Below, piece after piece: positions 13,101 through 28,008 of a stretch of 64,000 nt of DNA. Made by a program: the position numbers and the translations under genes. The DNA lies in the NCBI RefSeq assembly GCF_000497125.1, contig NC_090598.1, positions 1,116,001 through 1,180,000 of the forward strand, given 5' to 3'. Every line of letters starts with the position of its first letter. Positions within the stretch are counted from its first letter, which is position 1. Below the pieces are notes generated by a model. That model searched no databases, was not told the origin of the DNA, and worked only from the letters and a program-made list of their open reading frames with translations. The stretch is from Spironucleus salmonicida. Taxonomy: Eukaryota.

Positions 13101-16100
13101 ATATACCAAGCTAAAACTATGTAGATATGTTATGAAGGAGTGCTAATTTTTATTCGTATTAAGTTTACGATAAATATTTTGTTAAAATCAACAGTTCCTG
13201 TGAATCCTATTTCATATCAAATTGAAGATCATTAAACAATAATAATTTATTAACCTACAGTATTAATTATTATGCAATATCTAAATTAGTCTCCTAGAAT
13301 AAATACTCTAAAATTTTAAGAATATTTTAATATGAAAATTTTGAAGATATTTAGTTAATCATTAATTAAGAAAGAATTATATTTCTTTTTCCCTACATAA
13401 CTATAAGACTTACAATATCTTCCTCTTTGTTAATATACTATACAATATTTTCTATTATATATTTAGTAACAATTTCATCTACTTAGTCAACTAATTGTAA
13501 TAAAACATATGACTTAAATAAAAACTAATTATCATCAAACTAACGAAAAGATATTACTGCTACTTTAAGCAAAGTTATCATTTATTCTTATGTTAACAAT
13601 TATTCTCCAACTACTGAAAAAATTTACTATATTAAAAAGAAAAATTTATCAATTTAACCTAAACGAAAATTTTAATCAATGATTATAAGAATATCTTGCA
13701 ATTCTTAGACAAAAATACTGAACAAATCATACCTTTTCTATAAAGCACTACGTAATAATACTTTATATTATGATTTTTTTCCTAAATTAATAGACAATTC
13801 TAAAGAAAGTTTTAAAAAATCTTAATTATCAATAAGTTTATAATTTAATAAATCTGAATACATCATATAAACTACATTTGAAGTATTGAAAACATCAAAA
13901 TTATTTTTAATACTAGTTATTTTATATTATTACGAGAAATTAACTATAGACTACTGATAACTTATTTCTGATTCCTAAAACTATTAAGTACTATACTATG
14001 GATTTTTTATTGTACAATTTACTATTTATGGATTATAATCTAGATTAAAGTCTATTAACTCTTAGTTATTTGCATAAAGTCTAACAGTAGATAAGTTTTA
14101 GTTAGAAAAATATTCTAATCCAAAAATATTAATATCTTTTACTACATCCAATTATATAATGGTTTCAACCGCATTAATCTTAATAGAAATAAATAAATTA
14201 TTAAAAAATAATAAATCCATCTTTGAATATTAGTGTCCACCAGAAAAATTAAAACTAAAACTAAAACTGTTTATTGAACAGATTGAATAAGTAAAAATAG
14301 TTTTAACATCGTGAGTGATTTTAAATTCCTAGCTCTTAATATCAACTACCTTCTAATTTTCTAATTAAAGTAACTAGTATTAATAATTTTAGCTTTTATA
14401 TATTAAATTGATTAAGGAATTAAACTTTTAATGCTTATAAAGGTATTAAATGAATATTGGACTGGAATAGAAAATAGTCAAAACACATTTATCAAGTATT
14501 GATTCATTATTATAAAAATTTAAATTAACTAATTATCTTAGTAAAATCTAATGAAGCTTATAATTCTTATTTTTACAAATATTATTTAAAACTATTATAA
14601 AAGTTTATTCAAAAAAAGTCTGCATATCTTAATTATTATCAATAACACATTTAAAATAGTAAAGAATTTTTTGCAGATTAGTAAGATTGAAAGAATTAGA
14701 CTTTTCAAATTAAATATTATTTTCAAGTAAAGTTTGAATATCTTTTTAAAAATTCTCTTATATTGAAATATCACTATCATTAATTTTTTAATCTTATTGT
14801 ATATGTGAGAATAATAGTAGAAGCAGAGTTTACTTATTGTTCTTATAAGTATTCATTTATTAGAATGACTAATCATATAATTAGTAGTCTTAGTTTTTAT
14901 TTTTATTAATATGACATATAACATTTTAAAGTAAAAATATTACTTATAATAATTATAAGTCTAGGTTAGATACAATTAATTAATTGAGTTTTATCATTAA
15001 CTACTCTAAATATTAGGATGATTCTTACTGATAAAGTTTGATAAAGTATATTAATACTTTGCAGATCACAATTTAAGATTGGGTAGTGAAAGTATATAGT
15101 TTGTCAATAATTTACGTCATAATATACTTTGAACTAAGAAATTTTTTAAAAATCAAATTACCTAACAAAAATTTATCTAATAAGTTGTCATCTAACTAAA
15201 AAAGATTAACAAGAATATCTTGATGTTTCTCATCAATGTTATCACTATCTAATAATAAAATTATATTATAAATAGTCTAAGAATGACTATAATTTACATC
15301 ATTAATTAATGAAAACAAAGTATCTTACAACTTATAATAATAAAATTTATCTCTTCTATTAATAACAATACTTTTCAATAAAGATAAATATAAACAAATT
15401 TATTATGTTTATGTAAATTTAAATATAGACAGTTAAGACACAAGTTCACATACCTTATCAGAGTATTGAACTTATTTTGTAGAAATATTAAAAATATATA
15501 CTAACATCCAATAGTTTATGGTTTATTTTTTAGTATAGAATTATGCAATATAATTAATAATACTATCTGTAAATTATGGAGAGGCAAAATCAAATAATAT
15601 AACAGAAGTTAACGATTTATTAATTCTCTAAGAATCAAATACACCTTACGATACTATTTAAAGCAGAGCCTATTAGCAAAATTATGATGTCAAAAGGATT
15701 TATTTTAAGATTTTTTTATTTTAATAATTAGCCTATTATAATACTTTTATCCAGAGTTCAACTGATTATATCATATCTTAATGTTATTAAATGAATAATA
15801 TCGAATCATATTTTAATTTATTATCTATTAAAAATATAACAAATTATGGGACACAGTAATTCTTTTTTAAACGATAAGTGAGAAACTTGTTAAATTTTTT
15901 GTTGAAGAAACAAGACTAATAGTATTTCTCTAAAAAGAGAAAAAGCTACTATACTGAAAATTGTTAATAGTTATTCATAATAAAAATTATAGACTACTAT
16001 GTAAACGATGTTACAAGACATAAATCTGGGCTTGTTAGTGTAATCTGTTTTATTTATTTTTGTTCTATAAAATGTTCGTAACATTATAGTATTAATTAGT

Positions 16101-16197
16101 CTTTCATTTAATTTTTTAGTAAAGGTTAGATATAGCAGCTTATTTCTTCTTCTTTGAAATATTAAAGGAGATATTTCAAAACTATATTTGCTGTCAT
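10126..16197 (-). CDS. Beige/BEACH domain protein, 2023 aa
   Basis: No in-frame TGA found on scanning. BEACH motifs INYLAGRSYDDLYQYPIFP, FKVEPFTSIQRYLQNGVYDCYDRQFHSI, SELTPELF, INSWIQLIFG. Confidence 0.9.
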
Positions 16198-16382
16198 TTG
16201 ATTTATTATTTTGCTAATTATTATATATAATTATATATTAACTATTTGTTGATAAAAATTACTATTTCATACAGTCCAGTTATTAAATAAATTTGTAAAT
16301 ATAAATAATTAGGTAATTAAGTATCAACTATACCAAAGTTTACACATCAATAATCATATGATAATTCAGTGAATTAGAACCT

Positions 16383-17924
16383 TCACTCAAATTTGAAAAC
16401 AAATTTTTAATTTTAAAATGTTCTAGAACCCTTGAGAGTAGTTTTATAACTTTTACTATTATAAACCATGTCGCTTAATATACCTTCAACAAGCCAAGCA
16501 TCCTCTTTCATTTACATCTTAGCTAATATTTCAGCAGATGTACCATGGCATGCTTTTAATTCCTTATCTAATTTCATAGATAACTCGTTTACTCTAGTAG
16601 CAGCTTTCTTACCATCCTAAACTCCTGGCTGATCATATGCATTGATACCCCAGAATGCACCCAAAGTAGATACGATTCTCTCTTCTAAAGCAATTAACTA
16701 ACCAATACAGAATTCACTGCATTTTTTAACGGTAATAGTCATAAACTCTCTACCATTCTAGCTTAAAGCTAATTCAGTGCCTTTCAAAAATGCTAATAAC
16801 TGTCTGCCCATGCTGCCCGCCTTAGAATCTTCGTAATCCTCATGTTTCCTCTCTTAGAACTGAATAAACTTGACAAAACTGTCAGCTACTCCCTTCTGAA
16901 TCTGCTGCATAAAGGCGTGCTGTTCGCCAGTACCAATTCCTCCATAAACGCTCAATCCGCTGGGCTGGATTCTGCCGTCCTTGCAGTATTCCTTACCCAG
17001 GCTCTCCATGTATAGCTGTTAGCAGTAGTGGGCGTACTGCTTCAGGCTCTCAGAGTAGCCCAAAATGATCATGTTCTTGGGCGCCGCGAACTTCTTGATC
17101 AGCGAATCGATCATGGCAGCGATTTCCAAGGCGGGGTTGCCCTCAGCCTTGCGGGTTTCGCAGTCCATCTGCGCCATTCCCTTCAGGAACTCGTCAAATT
17201 TGATGCCCGCAAATGCGCAGGGGACCATTGCCACGGCCGAGCAAATTGAAGTGCGGCCGCCGGTGGGCTCGCACATCTCGAAGGTTTGCAGCCACGAAGC
17301 CGCGAGCTTGTGCAAGTTCGAACCGGGAATCGTGATGGCGATGCAGTGTGCAGAGGGTGACAACGAGGCCTTGGTGAGCAGGTTCAGATAGCACTGCGTG
17401 TTGGTGGCCGTTTCCGCGGTCGAGCCGGACTTTGATATGGTCACCATGAGCGTTTTCTTCACGTCGAGCAGGTCGAAAAGTGTCGAGAACGAGTCGGAAT
17501 CCGTGTTGGCGAGAAAATGGAGGGATGGGAGGCCTCTTTTCTGGAGGCTAAGATTGTAGTCATCTCCCAACATAGCCTAAATAAGCATGTATGGGCCTAA
17601 ATATGAGCCACCGATTCCGTTAAAAATGATGTGTTTGTAGTCGTTTCTAATGCTGGAAACAAACGTATTTACTTTTTCCCAGAGCTTCAAAGAGTGTTCC
17701 AGTGACTTGCCAGGTACCAATTCTTGCGTTAAACGGTGGTTGTAATGATCAACTGGGCGATTTTCGGACTCTGAAGCAACAGATGTTTTATTGACAATTT
17801 CGCCTTTCTCAATAGCAGCAAACTCAGCGAGAGCTATTTCGAAGTTCTTAGCATACCTTTTGCTATCGAAAGTCATGTTAGTGGAGATAGTCATATCAAC
17901 ATCAGAGTAATATGTAGTCTTCAT
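16383..17924 (-). CDS. GPI: Glucose-6-phosphate isomerase, 513 aa
   Basis: IGGSYLGP, ISKSGSTAET, GGRTS, QQLYMESLGK, GTGEQHAFMQ, FWGINAYDQPGV. Confidence 0.96.
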
Positions 17925-18774
17925 TTGGTGAGGGAGTGGATAGATTTGATAGAAGAAATTTTAAATAATAGATATAATAATAGAAAAAGATTAAACGCAA
18001 TGAACTTATGGTGTTATTTCATATTCCAATAATCTAATTGATTGTGAAGAATTCATCGGATCTTACTACTTTCATTTATACTAACGATGTACTACAAGGG
18101 GATGATGAAAATAAGTAATTATTATAAAATAAGGAAATAGCATATTTACTAGGATAAATAATTTGTTTTTAAGTATAAGATGGAAATATTTATTACACAA
18201 AATTTCACTACTTACTGTAAAAGAATTAATTTATTTCATTCTATCTTCTGTCATAATTCTAATATATTAATCGGATTTAAAATATATTATTATAGCAGAT
18301 AATTAAAAATATTCATTTAATCTCATAATTTTGGATTAATAACATATATAATCATCGTCGTAATTAATTTAAAGTGATTATAGTAATTTACGGTAGACGT
18401 ATATCTTAAACTATAAAAATAAAATAAACATTATAATGTACTTATTTTTAGTCTTTATATAAACAAATAACAGCTACCTAAGTTAAAATCATAGATAATA
18501 TGATATCAAAGAATTTAACCAAGTTAAGTTAATTATATTTAGTTTTTTATGATTACTCGAATAAATGTGATTGATGATTGTAAAAAATATAAAATAAATA
18601 TTCATTTAATGCATACGATTTATTTTTTTATCCGCATAGACTATATATCAAAAATTAACTTAAAGCCAATCTTAAATTTTATAAAATTTTATTTTAAACC
18701 TCAATATGTAAGATAACCTGTAATTTGATTATATATTTTATGCTTTGAAAAACTATGAAACATCTTCCATACCT

Positions 18775-19182
18775 TCAATAGTAATTAACTTTGAAATTAC
18801 TGAGACACTTAGTTATTACTTTTTGCTTTTTCATACCCAAAAAATCTGAACAAATTTCGTCTATTTCTTGCTCAATTTAATGTTCTTTGCAAAGTTTACT
18901 ATGAATTCTCTTCTATTTTTAATATTATGGGTATGAGAATTAGCTGGTAAATTCCATACCAGGTTGAACTATTTTAAGCTCATTTTGTATTTCAAAGTTT
19001 TTCTGTTGTTACTATTTTTCAAACAAATCAAAATATGATTCAGTTCTACCTGATGAATAAATAGGTTTATTATGATGTAAATTCTCATTTGTAGAATATG
19101 TTATAGTGCGCTTAGACTATGGTCTATATGGAGGTTTTTATTGATAAATATGAGTTATATAAGTTTAAGGCATATTTAGCAT
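18775..19182 (-). CDS. Hypothetical protein, 135 aa
   Basis: MLNMPQTYITHIYQQKPPYRP...KVNYY-TGA; divergent from the 19333 gene across an AT-rich spacer. Confidence 0.55.
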
Positions 19183-19332
19183 TTTTAAGGTTATTAGTAT
19201 AAATATTTAAAATAAATATATACTGTCAAGTAAATATTGCAATAATTAGTTATAATATATATTTATGTTGAAATATATATAATATTATTATTATTATTTA
19301 TATAGATAGTTATATTTTCTACTCCGCAAAAA

Positions 19333-22300
19333 ATGGACCAAAATTTGACTTTTTCTATTGAATCTGAACAATAATAACACAAATAGGAGTATAATATTGG
19401 AGATTTAACAATAGAAACTTAAAGAGAAGTTAAATCTCTAATATAGCTTATAAAGACTTAGTATACATCATAGATTAAAACATCTTTCACAGAATTATCC
19501 GATAATATCAAAAATAGACAGTTCTATGTAATGTTTGAGCCGAAACTTAATACTAATGCTTTATCTGATCATTAAATACCACGATCGATATTACCAATTT
19601 TGGAACCGTTTATTAAAGATGCTTAAGATTAAACTCGTATAGCTTTAGACAATTTACTAACTGATACTATTGTTTCAGCTTTCGGAAAAACATATGAAAG
19701 TGAAATTGACGTTAAGTATAAATAATAACTTAAAATCGACGCCCTAGAAGTTGATTTGCGCAGGTATAATACATAATCTGATGTTTAATAACGAATAATT
19801 GATTAGTTGTAATCATAACTAGTGTCTGAAAGATAAAAATTTGTCAAAGAATTTTAAGCAATTAAGGAATAAGTTTTTCAAAAGAATAGAGTCGGTGGGA
19901 AATATGTTCCAGATTTTAATGAAAATCCATAATCAGCATAAGAGCTATTATAGTTACCAGATATCCCCAACTTAGACTCTATTCGCTCTCGGTCGGCTAA
20001 AGAACCTAGAGTTGATGCCACTAAATTAAAAATATTAAGCTAGTAATGCGCCGTTATGTAAAAATAGTTAGGAGAAGGTGAAAAAATTAGAGTTGAATTA
20101 AAGGAGACTACCAAAAGATTAAAAATAGCAGAGGCAGATCTAGCTAATGAAAGATTAACAATGCGCGAGGAGCTGACATAATATAAAAATAGACTAGCAG
20201 AATTAGAAAAGCACAATATGCTTGTAGAAGAACAATATAATGATTCATAGATTTATTTGGAAAGAAAATAAGAATCTATTGATTAACTCAAAACATAAAT
20301 TAAGGATTTTGATAATTTAGAAAAATAATATCAGCTAGTGGCGTAAGAATACAATAAGCTAAAGATCAAAAGTGATAAAACCACAAGAGAACTTGAAAAG
20401 TTAAAAATAGAGTTTGATGCTAATCTTTAAGAAGGTGAATAAAGCTAATCTGTAGCTATAGTAGAAAAAGAAAATTAATTAAATGAGCTTAATTAAAAAC
20501 TAAACTAACTTATCAAAAGCAATGAGGATTTAGAAGATTAAAATGAATAGTTAATATAAGAAGTTCAATAGTTGAAGGTTTCACAAAAATCTTAAGACCT
20601 AAGTAATGTAACAGATTCTATGATGGAAGTATCATAAAGTCAACCTTAGGAGAAATAAAGAAAGAAGCGAAAAATAACAGTAGAATTCAAGTAATAATTT
20701 CCAGAAGTTTAGCTTTAAACAAGTACAACCAAATCAAATCTATACGATAGTGGTGTATAAGGTCACGGTAATAGTAGTGCTATTTAGAATTCAAATATAC
20801 GTGATGTAATAGCTTTTAGGACAGAGTTTGACTCTGGTAAACAGGTATTAGGATTTAACTGGAGTGTGGATGATGTGGATGATGTTATGAAGAAAGTATT
20901 GGGTGATATAATTGATTTTAGGAGTTAGCTTCGAGGAAGAAATATTAAAAGAGTCCAATAGACTTAGTTTTTAAAAGAAATGTTTGGTAAAGATGTTTAA
21001 GAATAATTTTTACAAGAATATAGATAGGAAAGTATATTGGCCAATAGTAATATAAATAAAGATGCAAGTCTTAATAGTAATAATAAATCTGGAGGTAAAT
21101 CCTTATATTCATAGTCTGACGTTTCACTCTAAGAAGACGATGACCTACAAAAAATATAAGAAGAACTAAATAAAAATCTTAATTAAAATATAATTAAGCC
21201 TAGCAATGTTTTACATCCAGGAATTGATTAAAATATATCTATAAATTCCTAGAATAATTTGCATAAAAGTGGAAACAATGCTAGACCACCAATTCCTTTA
21301 GTAAATTAAAAGAATTATTAAACTACTTCTTAAAAAATTATTGCCACAGATAGTTCTATAGATCAAGATTCATCAATTCTCAGAAATAATGCACAAAACA
21401 ATTAAATTTCAAGTTGTCCTAAATTTGAGACTTTAAAAGATGCATCAATTATTACAAATAATACGGTACCAAATAGTACAAAAGAGGATATTTAAGAAAT
21501 AAATTTAGAGATTCTTTAATAAGCACCTAATTTTCCAACAAAAGAGTCATAATATATTAATTACAAACCTGGTATTACAGGAAACTAGTCAGATAAAATG
21601 TTAAATAATAATTCCAAAAATAATAATTAAAAATAAACGAGTAATTAGTCGAAAAATATTAATACTTCTAAACCATCGCAAAATAAGGTAAATATGAAAC
21701 CTAATGTGAGTTTTGATAAAAAACCATTAGGCCCATCTTCTGTTACTTCACTGACTAAGGAGAAATAAAATAATCAAATGATAACAAATAATTTTGTCTT
21801 ACCAGATGAGAAAAACGATTCTATTTCTTAAAATCAGGATAAGACGGAGTCGGTAAAAGATATAATGGAAGTATAAGCTTATATTCCAATTTCATAAAAT
21901 CAACATACCTCAGTTAATAATAATTAGATGATAAATAATCAGTTAAATTCTTCAATAGATTATAAGAAGCAAAATAGCAATGCTGACTCTCCATATACTG
22001 AAATAGAGAACCACTAGTAGGATAACGCAGTTAATAGTTAACTTACTAGTATTTCAATTGATCCTAGAAGTATAATTGAAGAACATATTGAAGATTAAGT
22101 CAATGAATCTCTTGCTTTATAAATTAAAGCAGTTGCTAGTAATCATTCAATTATATCGTTTGTAAATTATAATGATGATGTATAATCAGATTAGGTAACA
22201 GAGTCAGATATTGATGATGAAGAATTCATTAGATTAATAGAACATGATAGTTTTAAAGATGAAGATAATCTAGTAATTTCAAATGATAAAATACTTAATA

Positions 22301-24564
22301 ACCAGAATATTATTTCTTATCAAGAGTAAAATCCACTATTACAGTCTTAATATGAAGCAGAAACTATATCAAATAATTAAAAAGATATTTCAAATTTGAT
22401 ATAAATCAAATAAGATGTGAAAGCCCCTTAAAAAGTAAATGTTAAAGAATAGTTAATAGAAATTTTAGGTGGATAGCCCCAACCCAAAAATATATAGTTA
22501 TCAGAAAAGTAATTATAAATAGCTACTGAGGAAGAAAAGAAGAAGATAATTGTTACTGCATTAAAAGATCAGCTTTTTACATTTTTATTAAACAACGATA
22601 TTGAAAATGAAACTTAGGAAACGGATCAAACATTAAATAATCATATCAAATCTTTATAGCTCGTTGACGAATTATAATATATACTTACAGATAAATTTAC
22701 TTCCGAAAAAGTATTATAAGACTATCCTTTAGATTAAAAAGACATGGATTCAATTGCAAAATAATTATATAAAGCAACAACATTAAAGAAAGTTGTTAAT
22801 ATGCTACCATAGCTAGATGAACATAATAAGTAAATAGTATAACAACTATTCGATCCTAATACATGCTAGTAGTTTTAAGATAATAACCTGGATGAAAAAA
22901 CACATCCTTTAATAAAGCAGATCTTTTTCAATTCAAATTTACTTCCGTTATTAGTTTAAAATAAAGAAAAAGTTACCTTGTTTTAAAATGAAAATTTAGA
23001 TCAATCACAAATTGAAGAAGCCTTACTTTTAACAGTTCAAAATGATTTATACACACCAGAAAAAATGGCTTCTAATCTTTAATCATGCTTAGAAAATTAT
23101 AAGTTTGAAAATGCTCATTCATAATTAATGCAAAAATTGAAAAATATTTTTGCTGATGATTTTTATGAAGAAATTCTAAAAGGAAATGAAAATTTTACAG
23201 AGGAAGCAAGGTTGTCACTGATATAAATATTATAAGATGCAACGGTCGTATAAAAATTCCTTTAATCTGATATTGATAAAAATACAGCTAAAAAGTTATT
23301 TTTACTTTATGAACCAGGAAGAGTTAGACGATTATAATAAAACCAGATATCATCAGAAGAAGTTAAGAGAATAATTGATATTTTGCTTGACCCAGAAGTT
23401 ATAAGGATATTATTTGGTAATAATATTTCAGATATAGAGCTTAAGAAATTAGTATAGCAGAGAAGTGAAGCTAAATAAGTTGAAAAGCAGATTAAAACAT
23501 CTGATCATATTTTGTTAAACACCGATATAGCTAAAAAAATGTCACATGGTATGCTAGATAAGGCTACTTTGAACGCTGTTGTTAAAACATTTTATAGTAA
23601 AAATGTTTCAAATTTAATAGCATCTAGTAAATTTTCTACAGAGACCGCAAAGTAAATTTCGACTGTTCTTTATAACCCAGAATTTATGAAATAACTTTAA
23701 AATGATGAGGCGGATGAAAGTAATATTTAAAGACTTGCACAAGTAATTTATAATCCTGAAGTTATTTAACTTCTATAAAGTAATATCAAATCAAAGTAAG
23801 TTAGAGAACAAGCTAGATAGTGTGCCGCTATTGTACAAACTGAGACATAAGATGTATTATCAGATAGTAAATATTAAATACCATTTTAGGTTATTAGTTC
23901 TGTTAATGATATTAAGGAAAATTTAAGTAACTCTAAGTCTAGGCATCAAATGAGTTAAATTTAGGCTAGTTAAAATGTGAGTTAAGGATATTAAAGAAAA
24001 GGGTATAAAAGTGGTGGCAGCTTTAGACGAGATTCTACAGTTAAAATGCCATTTTTATAAGGTAATAATAAACAAGCGCCTAGTTTTATTAGAAGCTTTA
24101 AATTGCCTGGAGAGGAAGATATATCTGTAAGTTAACCTAAAACAAAGAAATCCCCTTAGAAGAATGTTTAACAGAAAATTAATTCCATAAGGTATAATAG
24201 TAATAATAATAGACAAGAATCACCACCTAGACATGTAGTTCCATGTTGTATAGTTGGGTTAAGTGGTGTTGAGGAACCTATTTATAAAAGTGAAATCACT
24301 CAAAATAAACCTGTTTACAAAAATTTACATGATAAAATAAGGAGAGAATACGCTGAACGGGAAATTGTCATATCTAAACAGCAAGAACGTCCTAAACCTT
24401 AAGAAAAGCTAAGCTTGTTGACATAAGTGCCATTAAATAATGAAGGATATATTGCAGATCGAAGAGAGCAGGCAAAGTTAGAAAGCTTTAAAAATATAGT
24501 TAATTCAGTAGGTTTAGATAATGAAAATCCTGGCCTAGATGGTTTTACTTTTAAAAAATTGTGA
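19333..24564 (+). CDS. Large coiled-coil / low-complexity protein, about 1743 aa
   Basis: ATG after CTACTCC; E/K/Q-rich heptad region near 20.0-20.6 kb, then a long Q/N-rich tract; ends ...FTFKKL-TGA in the same frame. Confidence 0.8.
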
Positions 24565-24642
24565 CTGTTTTTAAATAGGTTATATTAGTCATTACATATT
24601 ATATTATATAAATTATAAATTATTCCTTTCCATTTATAAATT

Positions 24643-27600
24643 ATGGAAGAAACGATTATTCATACTTTCTAGCTTTCAGAGCTCAACTAGCTTCCAGAAA
24701 TATTTGCTTCATTAGAGGAATTATATATTATGCTATTAGATCTAGTTTATACTAAAAAGTATAATTGCATTTAGCAGTATAATTCAATTATTTAATATTG
24801 TATTGAAAATAACTTTTTAATAAATATTTAATTTTAAGCATAAAAGTTTAACAATTAAATGAGCCCCACATAATTAATAATTGGGTGCCTAGTTATGATT
24901 CCTACTTTAATTGCTAGCACTAATTTTTAAGAAGCTATCACATTAGCTGATGCTCTCTAAAATGACATCACTACATAGATTTAAGATTATCATTTAGATA
25001 GTTATTTCAAACAAAATCATACAACATATTTGCAACTTCTTAAAATATTTAAAAACAAAATTTAGAATTCTAAAAACTATTTAGATATTATTAATATATT
25101 AAGATCAGTCGCCTATGAAGGACTAGGAAACTATAAAGCATCATTGCAGCAAATATAAGCAATAGCTGAAACAGATAAATCTATTTAACTAGCTTGTTTG
25201 CGAATTAAATTTAATCTTATTTATTAATAGTCAAAAGAATTTTTAGTTCCAATGTTTGAAATGGCTAAAAATAATATATCATCAATGATATCTGAAATTA
25301 AATAACTATAGTCAAACATAACTAAAGTTTCAAAGAATACCCTTTTTGATTATGATTAGTCTCTCATTCAATATGTTTCAACTTTATATTTATCGCGTAT
25401 ACATACTTTAATTAATAGTTACGAATAGGCAAATATATATTATACGGAATTATGGTAACTTTCACCAGACGATGAGTCTTATGAAGAATCAATTGTTGCG
25501 TATCTAGATAATTTCGTTAGATATGCAGGTGGAGATAAGAATGATTGTTCATTAGTTACCAAGTCGCCTTTACATTATCATTTCCACTCAAACAAAATTC
25601 GTCCAGAAGTCGTTAATTAGGCACTTTAAATTGCAACAGAATTTGCTAACGTTAAAGACAAATAACAGTTAAATGCTATTGCCTATTATTACATGGGTCA
25701 TTTAAAAATATTACTTAAAGATTATGATGGAGCAGTAGGTGATTTACGTAAATCTAAAGAATTAAATCAAACATAGTATAAGTATCCTTCTGAACTTGTT
25801 TCTGTTGCATGGTTGCCATCAATGATAGATTTTGATCTATTAAGTGTTATGCTTTTGTCAGGGCGAAAAGAAATTTGTTAGGTGAATTAACCTAATTATT
25901 TTGAAAAAATTATTCAAAATAAAAATATTTTAATTTAGCTTTCAACTGATCGTTAAGAAATGGCATAAATCTTGCATATATTGTTTAATTTTTAACGAAA
26001 ATTTCATGATAATTCCCTGCTTTCTAATGAAGATGTTGTTCATTTATTAGTTAAAGTTGGTATGTTAGATGATAAATTTTTCCCAAATAATACAGAATTT
26101 TACTATGTTGAACCTACTATTAACAATTGTCACATTATGGTTTAAGTTTATTTGCTGGCAATATATTTTATCGAAAGCTAAAATTACGAAATTGGATAAT
26201 TCTGTAGAGATAAAATTAAGGATTTAATAGGAGAATTTCCTGAATTGGAACTAGTATAAACTATTTTAAAAAGTAAATAGAATATGTAATAAGATGTTCA
26301 AATAGTTCCAACAGTTTCCTATACACTTTTGCTTATGCAAACCCAAAAGAGAAAGACATTTTTAGAAAATGTTTAAAAATGGATTATGAAATAACAACCT
26401 CCTACATCTGAATCCCGTAGAATTTAAGTTTATACAAAATGTCTTTAAAGTTCACCAGATACTGCGATTAATCTTTCAAATTTATTATAAGATGTAGAAC
26501 CAATTAGGATATTATTAAAATGTTATAAAAGCATATAAGTTACAGATATTATTTAAAATTAAACCGATAGCTTTTCCATTATCATAAAAGCATTTTTATT
26601 GTACGAAAATAAAAGCATTGGTTAAGCAATAGAATTACTGGAGAAAACTGTTTATTTAACGCAAGTTAAGGAAAAATAATAATTAGTATATTTTAATCTG
26701 GCTAAACTTAACGTTTTAAATAATACTACAGAAGATGGAATCAATATTTTATAAGTATTGGAATAAACTGTATCAAAATCAACAATACTATATAATTCAG
26801 TTATTTTCGATTTGATTCTAGCATATGAAGAAATTTCAGATGTGAATAAAGCGCTACAACTAGGATCATAACATTCTACATTTAATATTCTAAAAACAAT
26901 GATTGTCTTCAAATAGTTCCAATTTGGAATAGATTACGAAACAATGGAAAATTTGCTTAAAAATTACGTAGAATTGAATGAATTCGATAGTTTAGTTATC
27001 AGAGCTATCTTACATCTGAAAAGTACACAAGACCAAGATGGTTACTTCCAGCAGTTATTTACTGAACTTCTAAATAGAATTCCATAATTCTAAAAAATCT
27101 TTGAGCAGCCCAAAACATAGTTTCCTTCCCCAAATTACTTCACGCTAGAGATCATTGAGTAAGAGAAAATGTCATCAAGTCTGCTGCCATAATTTTCACC
27201 AATTAGCATATTCTTAAGCGATATTTATGACAAAAAGTACTCAATTCTGTTTTTTGTCAGCTTGTGTTGCAGCCTGGCATTAATTTTGGACTAGCAAATT
27301 GATTTTGCACTAATTGAACCATTTTTCGGAGTCCGCGACAACTTCCACAGTTCTTGGGCGAATAACGTTCATATTTACCTTCTCAAGTTCGGCCTGGAAT
27401 CTCCTTTTATGGAGTCTATTTAGCAAAATTCCTAGGCCGAAGTGATCTAAACGATCGAAGTGAACCAGCAATAACACAATTTATTAGCGCTCAATTTCCC
27501 AGTAAATCTGCCTAAAATATACGAAAAATAGGAGTTCTTTAATCCGATAAATCAGTTCACGGTCGCGAGTTTGGTAGATGAAGTGAAAAGTCAAATTGAG

Positions 27601-27903
27601 CCGGAAAATCAGACGCAAAACAACACTTGCCAGAGCGTGCTGAACAGCGTTTTCATGCTGGACTACACGGTCGAAGTGGTATCGCCCAAAAAGTAGGTCC
27701 AGAACCTGGCGCTTGAGCCGAATAAGCTAACGCTGCAGCAGCTGGAAACGCCGCAGAGGCCGCTGAGGGCCAAATCGGCACGGCCGCTCCTGAAAATGCC
27801 GAAAACAATTTAGCAGCAGAAGCCAGTGGTTGGAAAACCGATTCGGGCCGGCTTCAGGAGGCTGAAGGCGATTCAGGACTCAGGGAGTGGGGATGCCGAG
27901 TGA
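24643..27903 (+). CDS. Hypothetical helical-repeat (TPR-like) protein, about 1086 aa
   Basis: TPR-like segments such as AIAYYYMGHLKILLKDYDGAVGDLRKSKELN; ends GDAE-TGA. Confidence 0.75.
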
Positions 27904-28008
27904 TGGTCTTTTGGGTACAGATGGAAACGTGGGTGTGGTAAAAATAGTAATTCCAAATTTATATACTGTGAATATTATATATAGTTAAATAATATTTAGA
28001 GCAAATCC

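Noticed and set aside
18008-18574. 188-aa table-6 ORF on + divergent from GPI
   Set aside because: Very AT-rich with no motif, no C-rich element and no A(G/A)TGA stop. It may be real, but I cannot separate it from a chance ORF.
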